From assembly GCA_045591115.1 (NCBI GenBank), contig JAZNSH010000017.1, positions 65,691 through 129,690 on the forward strand: a stretch of DNA of 64,000 bases, written 5' to 3'. The notes under the pieces are model-generated. The model ran no database searches. It worked only from the letters and a program-made list of their open reading frames with translations, and was not told the DNA's origin. This document shows, piece after piece, positions 9,646 through 18,369 of this stretch. Positions within the stretch are counted from its first letter, which is position 1. Every line of letters begins with the position of its first letter. The position numbers were made by a program, and so were the translations under genes. Source of the DNA: Clostridia bacterium. Its GTDB lineage: Bacteria > Bacillota > Clostridia > Christensenellales > QALW01.

Positions 9646-10747
9646 TACTTTAGGCATTATTATGGCAGGTAACAGTGGTCTTGAGCTTGGCGAAATTACC
9701 AAGAACAGACCTATCGGCGCAGTGCCCGTAGGCTCAAGATACAGACTTGTCGATTTCATACTTTCAAATATGGTAAACTCAGGCATTGAACGCGTGGGTA
9801 TTCCAACTCAGGCACATTACCGCTCGCTTATGGATCACCTTGGCTCAGGTGCTGCTTGGGATCTTAACCGCAAGCGTCACGGTCTTGTTGTTCTTCCGCC
9901 CCTTAACGGTTCAGGGCTTGATGTTCAAGGCGATCTTGACGTTTTAAATAGTATTCTTGACTATATTTCCGCATCTCACAGACGTTACGTTGTTATTTGC
10001 GGAAGTGACGTTTTGTATAAAACTACCTTCGATGATATGCTTGATTTCCACAAGAAGAACGCGGCTGATATCACAGTTATGTATAACAATATGCCTGATT
10101 GCGCATCACTTGCGCACCACGTTGGCTTGAAAACCGATAACGCAGGCAGAATAGTTGATATTGAGATCGATCCTTCCCGAGCATTTTCATCACAGATTTC
10201 AATGGGTACTTATATTATGGAACGTGAGTTCTTGGAATATCATCTTAACCGTTGTCTTTCCCGCGGACTTCACGATTTTGCCAAGGATATTCTTCTTCAC
10301 GAAAAGGATAGACTTCGCATTTTCGGCTATGAATATAAAGGCTACGTTGGCAGAGTTCACAGCATTGCGTCATACTATAAGTGCAATATGGATATTTTGA
10401 AACAGTCGGTAAGCTCTGAGCTTTTTGAATCGGGTGACCCCGTTTACACCAAGGTTAAGGATGAGGTTCCCACCATTTACGGAGGAACCGCCAACATTAA
10501 AAACTCAATGGTTGCCGATGGTTGCATCATCAACGGAACCGTTGAAAACTGCATTATTTTCCGCGGTGTTCAGATCGAAGAGGGTGCCGTTGTCAAAAAC
10601 AGCATCATTATGCAGAATTCTTTAGTTCAGGCAGGCGTTCAGCTTAACCACGCCATTATTGATAAGTCCGTCATTATCCGTAAGAATAAGACCTTGATGG
10701 GACAGGAAAATTATCCGGTAGTGGTTGGCAAGGGAGCAGTTGTATAA
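9638..10747 (+). CDS. glgD: glucose-1-phosphate adenylyltransferase regulatory subunit GlgD
   Basis: This is a GlgC paralogue lacking the GGxGxRL motif (it has [13 protein letters not shown]). The ATG at 9638 follows AGGGAGG and overlaps the glgC stop by 8 nt. Confidence 0.85.
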   Translation: MNDTLGIIMAGNSGLELGEITKNRPIGAVPVGSRYRLVDFILSNMVNSGIERVGIPTQAHYRSLMDHLGSGAAWDLNRKRHGLVVLPPLNGSGLDVQGDLDVLNSILDYISASHRRYVVICGSDVLYKTTFDDMLDFHKKNAADITVMYNNMPDCASLAHHVGLKTDNAGRIVDIEIDPSRAFSSQISMGTYIMEREFLEYHLNRCLSRGLHDFAKDILLHEKDRLRIFGYEYKGYVGRVHSIASYYKCNMDILKQSVSSELFESGDPVYTKVKDEVPTIYGGTANIKNSMVADGCIINGTVENCIIFRGVQIEEGAVVKNSIIMQNSLVQAGVQLNHAIIDKSVIIRKNKTLMGQENYPVVVGKGAVV

Positions 10748-10757
10748 CAACTGTTCC

Positions 10758-10839
10758 GCGATATAAATTCCTCGCGGAATTTGCGATATATACTGATGTA
10801 TGCGATATGCTTTCAGCGCGATATTTTTTAATATATCGC
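10758..10839. repeat. cluster of five GCGATAT heptamers (four direct, one inverted)
   Basis: GCGATAT occurs at 10758, 10783, 10802 and 10818. ATATCGC occurs at 10833. The first copy lies in the hairpin TTCCGCGA/TCGCGGAA. Confidence 0.7.
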
Positions 10840-10965
10840 ACGAGTGAAAATTGATTGCATCAATAACAACGGTAAAAAACAAAACGAATAGTAATGGTTG
10901 AAACGTAGGCATATACTCTTGATTGTTTTTTAAACTTCTTATTTGAATGTTATATAGGTTGTATT

Positions 10966-11406
10966 ATGTGGAGCATTATTGATGATGACGAAAAAATAAA
11001 GAATTTTATGGCTGATATTGGGGACTTCCACGATAGTGTGTTAAAGGAAGTAAAATATTTAAGCGGTGCGTATGTTGATGAAGATCTTTCGATGTACCCA
11101 ATCAATGATAAACGTTTATTATCCGTTATTATACAATGCCAGCAAGAAAAGTTTGCGATGATTGAAATGGAATTTGAAGATCTAAGCTATCTTAAGCTTA
11201 TTCCGGCAACACCTGATTTTACTTGTGAAATTTTAGATGCATCAATGTTTATGGCTGATGAGAAGATCTATTGGTGTGATTCCTCGGGTGTTACTGCAGA
11301 AAACGTTTATTCCTATGACGGAACTGTAATATGTGCAAAAAAAATCCGTTGGCGGAAAATTCCTAATTCATTAGCTAACAAGGCTTTCTACCAAAATATA
11401 AAGTAA
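10966..11406 (+). CDS. hypothetical cytoplasmic protein (146 aa)
   Basis: ORF followed by a terminator (GGGAACAT..ATGTTCCC plus a T-run). No family was recognised. Confidence 0.6.
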   Translation: MWSIIDDDEKIKNFMADIGDFHDSVLKEVKYLSGAYVDEDLSMYPINDKRLLSVIIQCQQEKFAMIEMEFEDLSYLKLIPATPDFTCEILDASMFMADEKIYWCDSSGVTAENVYSYDGTVICAKKIRWRKIPNSLANKAFYQNIK

Positions 11407-11527
11407 AAAAGGGAACATTAAAAATATGTTCCCATTTTTTGTGCAAGAAATTACTATTTTTTTATAAGATTGTTATATTGTAATTGGGAAAATTGTATTG
11501 TATAATACTTAAAAAGGAGGGATTTCT

Positions 11528-14032
11528 ATGAAATATGAAAAAATCAAAAAAATATCCTTTCCACTTGGTGGTATCGGCACCGGGTGCATCGGTCTTGCAG
11601 GAAATGGTGAGCTTATTGATTGGGAAATATTCAACCGCCCAAATAAAAATACGAGAAACGGCTATTCGCACTTTGCAATTAAAGCAATTTGTGAGGATAA
11701 GGTCGTTGCCAAAATCTTGCAGGGAGATACTGTTGAGGATCTTACCGGAACACGTCACCCTGATCATCCGGGAGGCTTTGATTTTGGTCCGCGAGTGAAT
11801 TCAATGGCAGGATTTCCGCATTTTAGATCGGTGGAATTTGATGGAGAATTTCCTCTTGCTAAATTAAGTTATAGCGATGAGCTTTTTCCGGGAAAAGTAA
11901 GCTTGTGCGCTTTTAATCCTATGATTCCTCACGATGCCTTTAACTCAAGCCTTCCTGTTGCACTTTTTCAGTGGGAAATTGAAAACACGTCAAATAAAGA
12001 TATAGAATATGCCATTTCGCTTTGCGTGCAGAATCCTTGGGGCGTTTCAAAAAATGAGAAGCAGGAAAAGGGTTGCTTCCTCTATAATAACGGAAAAGAT
12101 AAGGAAGAGATCGGTTATGGCGATCTGACAATTCTTACGGATAATGAAAGTGTTAATGTTCAGCCCTATTGGTATCGCGGAAATTGGCAGGACGGTGTTA
12201 CCACCTATTGGAAGGAATTTTCTGCTTGTGCACCTATGCCGGAACGCACCTATGAAGAGGCAGGCACAGTTGATCATTCGGCAGTGGTTGCATCGGTAAA
12301 AATTAAGGCAGGCGCGAAAAAGAAAATTCGCTTTGTTCTTGCCTGGAACGTTCCCGTACAATACAATTATTGGTCACCCTATCGCGATGAAAACGATAAG
12401 GATATTACCTGGAAAAACTATTATGCCACCCAATTTGATAATTCTCTTGATACTGCAAAATATGCTTTATCAAGGTTTGATGAATTGTTATCCAAAACAG
12501 AAACCTTTAAAGAAGCATTACATTCAAGCACACTTCCTGAGTTTGCCGTTGATGCGGTAACTGCCAACTTGTCAGTGCTTAAATCCTCCGTAGTATTGCG
12601 CCTTGAGGACGGCTCCTTCTGGGGTTGGGAAGGCGTTCACGATAGAGAAGGTCTGTGTGAGGGAAGCTGTCAGCACGTATGGAATTATGCCTATGCTTTG
12701 CCATTCCTTTTCCCTGAGCTTGAACGCTCAATGCGTGAAAATACAATAAAATACGGCACTAACGAGCACGGAAAATCTACATTCCGTATTCCGTTACCCT
12801 TAGGAAGAAAATATGAAAGATACACCGCCTGCGTTGACGGACAGATGGGCGAAGTCATAAAATGCTATCGTGAATGGAAGGTTTCAGGGGATAACCGATG
12901 GCTGAAAAAGAATTCGGAAACCATATTCAAGATGCTTGAATATGCCTGGAATAAAGAAAACGATCACGGCTGGGACACAGATTGCGACGGTGTTATGGAG
13001 GGAAGACAGCATAACACTCTTGATATTGAGCTTTTTGGCCCCAACTCATGGCTTGAGGGCTTCTATCTGGCGGCACTTGATTGCGGTGCTCAAATGGCAG
13101 AGGCTTTAGGTGAAAATGAACGTGCTGAAAAATATAGGAGCTTATATGCTTCAGGTAAAAGATGGACAAACGAAAACCTTTTCAACGGTGAATATTTCGG
13201 GCATAGGGTGGATCTTACGGATAAATCCCTTGTTGAAAAATATTTCGCATCTATGGATTATTATTGGAACGATGAAGCGGGGCAGATCAAATATCAGTTA
13301 GGTGAGGGATGCATTATAGATCAAATGCTTGCCGATTGGCATTGCGCAATTCTCGGCATTGACGGGGTTTTTGATAAGGACAAAAAGCACATTGCACTTG
13401 AGAATCTTTATAAATATAATTTTAAGCCTTCTATGCGTACAGTGGCCAATGCTTTCAGAAATTTTGCATTAAACGATGAGGCGGGAGTTTTGATATGCAC
13501 CTATCCCGATGGCAGAAATGAACCTAAAATTCCCATTCTTTATTCCACCGAAACAATGACGGGCTTTGAATATGCTTTGGCGGGACTTATGCTTTCCGAG
13601 GGATATATTACCGAGGCTGAAACCATCGTTAAAGCCGTTCGCGATCGCTATGACGGCGAAAAGCGAAATCCCTGGAGTGAGCTTGAGTGCGGCCACAACT
13701 ACGCCCGTTCAATGGCATCATATGCATTATTGCTTATCTATAGCGGATTCTCCTTTGATATGACTAAAAAATATGTGGGCTTTAAGCCTATCAATGAGGG
13801 CAAGTATTTCTGGAGTGTCGGAAAAACTTACGGAACCGTGACCGTTGAAAACAACAAGGAAGAGCTTTCTGTTCTTGGAAATGAGCTTTTGCTCACTGCC
13901 TTTGGTCTAAAGGATAGCAAAAAAGCAGTTTCCGTTACGGTTGACGGAAAAAACGTTGCCTTTGAACAAAATGATAACATTTTAACCTTCCCTGAAATTT
14001 CTATAAAAAATGCCCTTGAAATAACCTTTTAA
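11528..14032 (+). CDS. GH116 family beta-glucosidase / glucosylceramidase-like
   Basis: 834 aa. The N-terminal FPLGGIGTGCIGL motif and a C-terminal (alpha/alpha)6 catalytic region are typical of GH116 (GBA2-type). A strong RBS AAGGAGGG is present. There is no signal peptide. Confidence 0.8.
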   Translation: MKYEKIKKISFPLGGIGTGCIGLAGNGELIDWEIFNRPNKNTRNGYSHFAIKAICEDKVVAKILQGDTVEDLTGTRHPDHPGGFDFGPRVNSMAGFPHFRSVEFDGEFPLAKLSYSDELFPGKVSLCAFNPMIPHDAFNSSLPVALFQWEIENTSNKDIEYAISLCVQNPWGVSKNEKQEKGCFLYNNGKDKEEIGYGDLTILTDNESVNVQPYWYRGNWQDGVTTYWKEFSACAPMPERTYEEAGTVDHSAVVASVKIKAGAKKKIRFVLAWNVPVQYNYWSPYRDENDKDITWKNYYATQFDNSLDTAKYALSRFDELLSKTETFKEALHSSTLPEFAVDAVTANLSVLKSSVVLRLEDGSFWGWEGVHDREGLCEGSCQHVWNYAYALPFLFPELERSMRENTIKYGTNEHGKSTFRIPLPLGRKYERYTACVDGQMGEVIKCYREWKVSGDNRWLKKNSETIFKMLEYAWNKENDHGWDTDCDGVMEGRQHNTLDIELFGPNSWLEGFYLAALDCGAQMAEALGENERAEKYRSLYASGKRWTNENLFNGEYFGHRVDLTDKSLVEKYFASMDYYWNDEAGQIKYQLGEGCIIDQMLADWHCAILGIDGVFDKDKKHIALENLYKYNFKPSMRTVANAFRNFALNDEAGVLICTYPDGRNEPKIPILYSTETMTGFEYALAGLMLSEGYITEAETIVKAVRDRYDGEKRNPWSELECGHNYARSMASYALLLIYSGFSFDMTKKYVGFKPINEGKYFWSVGKTYGTVTVENNKEELSVLGNELLLTAFGLKDSKKAVSVTVDGKNVAFEQNDNILTFPEISIKNALEITF

Positions 14033-14222
14033 TTTTATTTAAAACCCTGCATTTTTGCAGATTGTAGACAAAGTGTACTTTTTATCAAAAAATATATAAG
14101 GAGTGGTATAAGCCACTCCGTTATGTTTTTGCGGGGGTTTGTTTGAAAATGCAATGTTTACGGTAAAAAAGGCAATGTACTTTTTATTTTTGATTTGGTA
14201 TACTATGGTCAGGTGATGAATA

Positions 14223-15428
14223 ATGAAAAATTTCGATAAAAAAATTTGGCAGATGATGTTTGAAAAACTATATTCCAAAAAAACTAATCTGTTTTATGAT
14301 TTTGTGGTGGAGGGTCTTTCCTTTGAAGAATTTTTGCCTGAGCCTGAGCTTATAAACAAGCAGATTCCCAATCCCTGCGGCTGGTGCACAGGTATGGAAG
14401 ACGGTATGATCAACGGCGGAATTATGCTTGAAAGTGCCATTGAAGCCTATGAGCTTTACGGTGATGAAGAATATGCTTTAAAGGCAAAAGAAATTTTTAA
14501 GGGTATGAAAAAATGCGCGACCGTATCAAAAACAAAAGGTTTCCTTGCACGCAGTCTTTCACCCGTTGATTTAAAAAGTCACTATATTGAAAGCTCAAGA
14601 GATCAGTACACCCATTGGATCTTTGCATCGGTAAAATGCTTTTTCAGCAGTCTTTCCGATGAAAGAGAAAAGGCGTTTATCAAGGAAACTCTTATAAATT
14701 TTGCTCTCCGCGCAAGGGAAAACGTTACAGAGGAAAACGATTATAATATGCTCCGTGAAGACAACAAAAAAAGCCTTGCAACAAAAATGTGGGGAAATCT
14801 TGGTGCTCACGAATGGGCACGGCTTCCAATGTTCTATCTTGCCGCCTGGAAGATAGGAAAAGATGAAAGCTTTAAGGCGGATTATTTAAAGTACCGCGAC
14901 ATTGCCCTTGAAAACTCCGAAAAGGTTGTGCTTTCCAACTATAAACGACTTTTTGCACTTCATCAGATGCAGCTTTCTCTGCGTTTTATTTATGATTTTG
15001 ATGATGATCTTTCCATAAAAGAGCGTTGCCTTAATTTGATGAAAAAGATTGCCGAATATAACAGACTTTCCGTTTTAGAGCTTTTTCAAAAGCACAAGCA
15101 AAAGAATATTCTTAAGAATTTTTTTGAAACAAAAAGATGGAATCTTCTTGAAGCACAGTTCTGGGGATATCTTGATGGTTACGGCTATTATGTGCCAAAA
15201 TGCATAAAAAGTGATTTTACCTGCACCATTCCCGATATACATATTTATAATTTTGGTGATGGTATTGCCGTTATGGCTCTTGTGCCCGATGCACCCTTTG
15301 ATGAAGAATTGTTTAACGTTCTTAATGAAATCGGCAATTCAATAGATTATGACAACTATAAAACCGATGCGGTGAATCATCTTCTTTTACCTTATTATGA
15401 ATTTAAAAAACACTTGCCAAAACGCTGA
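14223..15428 (+). CDS. hypothetical protein (401 aa), helical-repeat, possibly glycoside-hydrolase-like
   Basis: Long ORF with an RBS AGGTGA. No family was recognised. Confidence 0.6.
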   Translation: MKNFDKKIWQMMFEKLYSKKTNLFYDFVVEGLSFEEFLPEPELINKQIPNPCGWCTGMEDGMINGGIMLESAIEAYELYGDEEYALKAKEIFKGMKKCATVSKTKGFLARSLSPVDLKSHYIESSRDQYTHWIFASVKCFFSSLSDEREKAFIKETLINFALRARENVTEENDYNMLREDNKKSLATKMWGNLGAHEWARLPMFYLAAWKIGKDESFKADYLKYRDIALENSEKVVLSNYKRLFALHQMQLSLRFIYDFDDDLSIKERCLNLMKKIAEYNRLSVLELFQKHKQKNILKNFFETKRWNLLEAQFWGYLDGYGYYVPKCIKSDFTCTIPDIHIYNFGDGIAVMALVPDAPFDEELFNVLNEIGNSIDYDNYKTDAVNHLLLPYYEFKKHLPKR

Positions 15429-15474
15429 AATATGGTATAATTTCTCATATAAATCCTTTTAAGGAGCGAGAAAA

Positions 15475-16761
15475 ATGATCGATATTAAATTTTTAAGGGA
15501 AAATCCCGAAATCGTAAAGCAAAACATTAAAAATAAGTTCCAGGATTCAAAACTTCCTCTTGTTGATGAAGTTATTGAGCTTGATAAAGAAAACCGCAAG
15601 AATATTCAGCTTGCTGAAGAGCTTCGTGCAAACAGAAACAAATATTCCAAGCAGATCGGTGCTTTGATGGCTCAGGGCAAAAAAGACGAAGCTATGGAAA
15701 TGAAAAAGCTCGTAACCGAGCAGGGAGAACAGCTTGCTCAGGCTGAAAAGAAAGAGGCCGAGCTTCAGGAAAAGATCAAGAATATTATGATGGTTATCCC
15801 CAATATTATTGATCCTTCCGTTCCCATCGGTAAGGATGATTCTGAAAACGTTGAGGTTCAGAAGTACGGTGAGCCTGTTGTTCCCGATTTTGAAGTGCCA
15901 TATCATTCAGAGATTATGGAATCCTTTGATGGCATTGATCTTGATAGTGCCCGCCGAGTTGCAGGTAACGGTTTTTATTATCTTATGGGCGATATTGCAC
16001 GCCTTCACTCTGCAGTTATTTCCTATGCCCGCGATTTTATGATCGACCGTGGCTTCACTTATTGCGTTCCTCCCTTTATGATCCGTTCTGACGTTGTTAC
16101 CGGCGTTATGAGCTTTGCTGAAATGGATGCTATGATGTATAAGATCGAAGGCGAAGACCTTTATCTTATCGGCACAAGCGAACACTCAATGATCGGTAAA
16201 TTCATTGATCAGATGCTTTATGAGGATAAGCTTCCTTACACTCTTACAAGCTATTCGCCTTGCTTCAGAAAAGAAAAGGGCGCACACGGCATTGAGGAGC
16301 GCGGTGTTTACCGTATCCACCAGTTTGAAAAGCAGGAAATGATCGTTGTTTGTAAGCCTGAGGATAGCAAAATGTGGTTTGATAAGCTTTGGCAGAACAC
16401 CGTTGATCTTTTCCGCACACTTGATATTCCCGTTCGTACTCTTGAATGTTGCTCAGGCGACCTTGCTGATTTAAAGGTTAAGTCCATTGACGTTGAAGCT
16501 TGGTCACCCCGTCAGAAGAAATATTTTGAAGTTGGCTCTTGTTCAAATCTTGGTGATGCTCAGGCACGCAGACTTCGTATCCGCGTTTCCGGTAAGGATG
16601 GCAAGTATTTTGCACACACCTTAAATAACACCGTTGTTGCACCGCCCCGTATGTTAATTGCATTCTTAGAGAATAATCTTAACGCTGACGGTAGTGTTAA
16701 TATTCCTGAGGCACTTCGCCCATATATGGGTGGGAAGAGTGTGTTGGTTCCTAAAAAGTAA
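15475..16761 (+). CDS. serS: serine--tRNA ligase
   Basis: N-terminal coiled-coil arm plus class II core (FRKE, GVYRIHQFEK, NNT..A..R). Confidence 0.93.
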   Translation: MIDIKFLRENPEIVKQNIKNKFQDSKLPLVDEVIELDKENRKNIQLAEELRANRNKYSKQIGALMAQGKKDEAMEMKKLVTEQGEQLAQAEKKEAELQEKIKNIMMVIPNIIDPSVPIGKDDSENVEVQKYGEPVVPDFEVPYHSEIMESFDGIDLDSARRVAGNGFYYLMGDIARLHSAVISYARDFMIDRGFTYCVPPFMIRSDVVTGVMSFAEMDAMMYKIEGEDLYLIGTSEHSMIGKFIDQMLYEDKLPYTLTSYSPCFRKEKGAHGIEERGVYRIHQFEKQEMIVVCKPEDSKMWFDKLWQNTVDLFRTLDIPVRTLECCSGDLADLKVKSIDVEAWSPRQKKYFEVGSCSNLGDAQARRLRIRVSGKDGKYFAHTLNNTVVAPPRMLIAFLENNLNADGSVNIPEALRPYMGGKSVLVPKK

Positions 16762-16793
16762 TGAGTGCAGCACAAAAAATCTTCACATTACTG

Positions 16794-16867
16794 TGTTGTG
16801 GCAACCGTAAACGCTCGGTTACTTACGGCTCGTGTAAGCGCCCTCACGTTTAGAACGCCACGCCTTG
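16794..16867 (+). repeat. structured intergenic element, copy 1 (second copy at 60330-60402)
   Basis: A 74-nt core is nearly identical to 60330-60402. It is nested in an imperfect long inverted repeat (arms 16765-16793 and 16868-16893). Confidence 0.8.
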
Positions 16868-16956
16868 TACTGTGAATTTTTTTGCACTGCTGATATAGTA
16901 TGTTGATTTGCGAATTTTCTCGCACTGCTGAAATAGTGCATTGCACATCAAAAATC

Positions 16957-16997
16957 AAGCTTTCCGTCAAAAAAAGACGAAAAGCTTTTTTATTTTT
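16957..16997 (+). terminator. intrinsic terminator of serS, distal to the repeat element
   Basis: AAGCTTTCCGTC/GACGAAAAGCTT hairpin followed by a T-run. Confidence 0.7.
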
Positions 16998-17097
16998 GGG
17001 AACAAAAATTGCATTTTGGGAAGATTGAAAAAACTTCCTATTGATTTTTTTTAAGAAAGCAAGTATAATGATAGTATAAGTTATAATGGAGGAATAT

Positions 17098-18315
17098 ATG
17101 AAAAAGTTTCTTGCTTTAATTCTTTCCGCTGTATGCGTGTTATCCGTTGCAGGATGCAAAACTACTGAAGATAATTTTGATGCACCTATGCCTGAAATTA
17201 CTTTTGGAACGGTAGAATCGGCAACACCTACGCCCGAAGTTACTCCCGAAGCAACTCCCGAGGGAACTCCCGAAGTAACACCGGAAGTTACACCCGAAGT
17301 TACACCCGAAGTTACACCTGAAGTAACACCGGAAGCTACTCCCGAAGTAACTCCCGATATCTCGAATGGTAAGGCGATGTACACCTCTCCTGATTTAACT
17401 ACTGTTTATAAAGAGGCAAACGGTAATTCAGAAAAGCTTGCCACACTTAAAAGAGATACTGAGGTTATTGCATATAATGTTGTAAATAATATGTATTACG
17501 TTCAGTATGAAACGGGCAAGTATGGCTATATTTATGCCTTTGAACTTTTTAAGGAAAGAAACGGCATATTGATGTACGCAACCGCTGACGGTGTAAACGT
17601 GCGCAAAGGTCCTTCGACTTCTACAGAGAAGCTTGCAACACTTGAAAAGGGCAAAGCGTACCTTACCTTTGAAAAAGCAGACGGTTGGATATTGGTTCAA
17701 TATGACTCAGGAAAACGTGGCTACGTTTCAGAAAAGTATCTTTCGGAAACTGCACCTGATACACCTTCACCTGCACCTAATACTTCAAAATACACTGTAA
17801 TGTATGTAATAGCCAAAAACACTAATGTGCGTAAAGGTCCTGCATCATCCAGTGCAGTTGTTGCTACCATTCCTAACATTGGAACAAAGGTTTATGCATA
17901 TGAAAATGTTAATGGATGGATGCGCGTGCAGTATGCAACCGGCAAGTTCGGATATGTTTCGGCAAATCTTCTTTCAGATAAGGCACCTACTGCACCGCCT
18001 ACTGTTACACCTACAGCAACACCTACTGTTACACCTACCGCGACTCCTACCGCGACTCCTACAGTTACTCCTACAGTAACGCCTACCAATACGCCCGTTG
18101 CTTGTTACACTCCAACCCCAACAGCAACCACAACGTCTACACCTGTGGCAACACCTAAGCCAACACCAACACCTACACCTAAGCCAACGGCGACGCCAAC
18201 ACCCACACCTACCCCAACACCAACACCTGTGGCAACGATAACACCAACGCCTACAGTAAAACCAACAGCCACACCGAGTGGAAACGTAAGCTTGCCTTTT
18301 GATCCATTTAAGTAA
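17098..18315 (+). CDS. lipoprotein with three bacterial SH3 (SH3_3) domains and PE/PT-rich linkers
   Basis: The ATG at 17098 follows GGAGG. The lipobox is SVAGC. There are three NVRKGPS..G.V-type SH3b repeats and a long C-terminal TPTATPTV repeat. Confidence 0.85.
   Translation: MKKFLALILSAVCVLSVAGCKTTEDNFDAPMPEITFGTVESATPTPEVTPEATPEGTPEVTPEVTPEVTPEVTPEVTPEATPEVTPDISNGKAMYTSPDLTTVYKEANGNSEKLATLKRDTEVIAYNVVNNMYYVQYETGKYGYIYAFELFKERNGILMYATADGVNVRKGPSTSTEKLATLEKGKAYLTFEKADGWILVQYDSGKRGYVSEKYLSETAPDTPSPAPNTSKYTVMYVIAKNTNVRKGPASSSAVVATIPNIGTKVYAYENVNGWMRVQYATGKFGYVSANLLSDKAPTAPPTVTPTATPTVTPTATPTATPTVTPTVTPTNTPVACYTPTPTATTTSTPVATPKPTPTPTPKPTATPTPTPTPTPTPVATITPTPTVKPTATPSGNVSLPFDPFK
17224..17358 (+). 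repeat. in-frame 12-nt tandem repeat encoding (TPEV/A/G)n
   Basis: About 11 tandem 12-nt units lie inside the SH3 lipoprotein CDS. Confidence 0.85.
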
Positions 18316-18338
18316 AAAAGACTTTAACTTTTTAAAAA

Positions 18339-18369
18339 ATGAGCACTCTGCATATAGAGTGCTCATTTT
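18339..18369. terminator. bidirectional terminator between convergent genes
   Basis: ATGAGCACTCT/AGAGTGCTCAT 11-bp stem with a T-run. Confidence 0.75.

Noticed and set aside
6462-10747. Incomplete glycogen operon, since glgBCD has no glgA or glgP
   Set aside because: The order glgB-glgC-glgD is normal. glgA and glgP are simply not adjacent here and may lie elsewhere in the genome. This cannot be judged from one window.
15429-15474. T-box leaders upstream of serS (and of glnS at 34096-34225)
   Set aside because: The intergenic spaces of 46 nt and about 130 nt are too short for a T-box of roughly 200-300 nt. No specifier or T-box sequence is visible.
16788-17384. 198-aa minus-strand ORF with a (SGVT)n repeat
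   Set aside because: It is the antisense reading of the TPEV tandem repeat and 5' region of the SH3 lipoprotein gene. It has no RBS and runs through the structured repeat element and an intergenic terminator.
17974-18366. 130-aa Cys/Arg/Trp-rich minus-strand ORF
   Set aside because: It is the antisense translation of the PT-rich linker of the plus-strand lipoprotein, so it is a low-complexity artefact.
18339-18366. CIRCE-like palindrome GAGCACTC-N8-GAGTGCTC
   Set aside because: The spacing is N8 rather than N9 and the ends are not TTAGCACTC. It sits between two convergent stop codons with a T-run, so it is a terminator rather than an HrcA operator.
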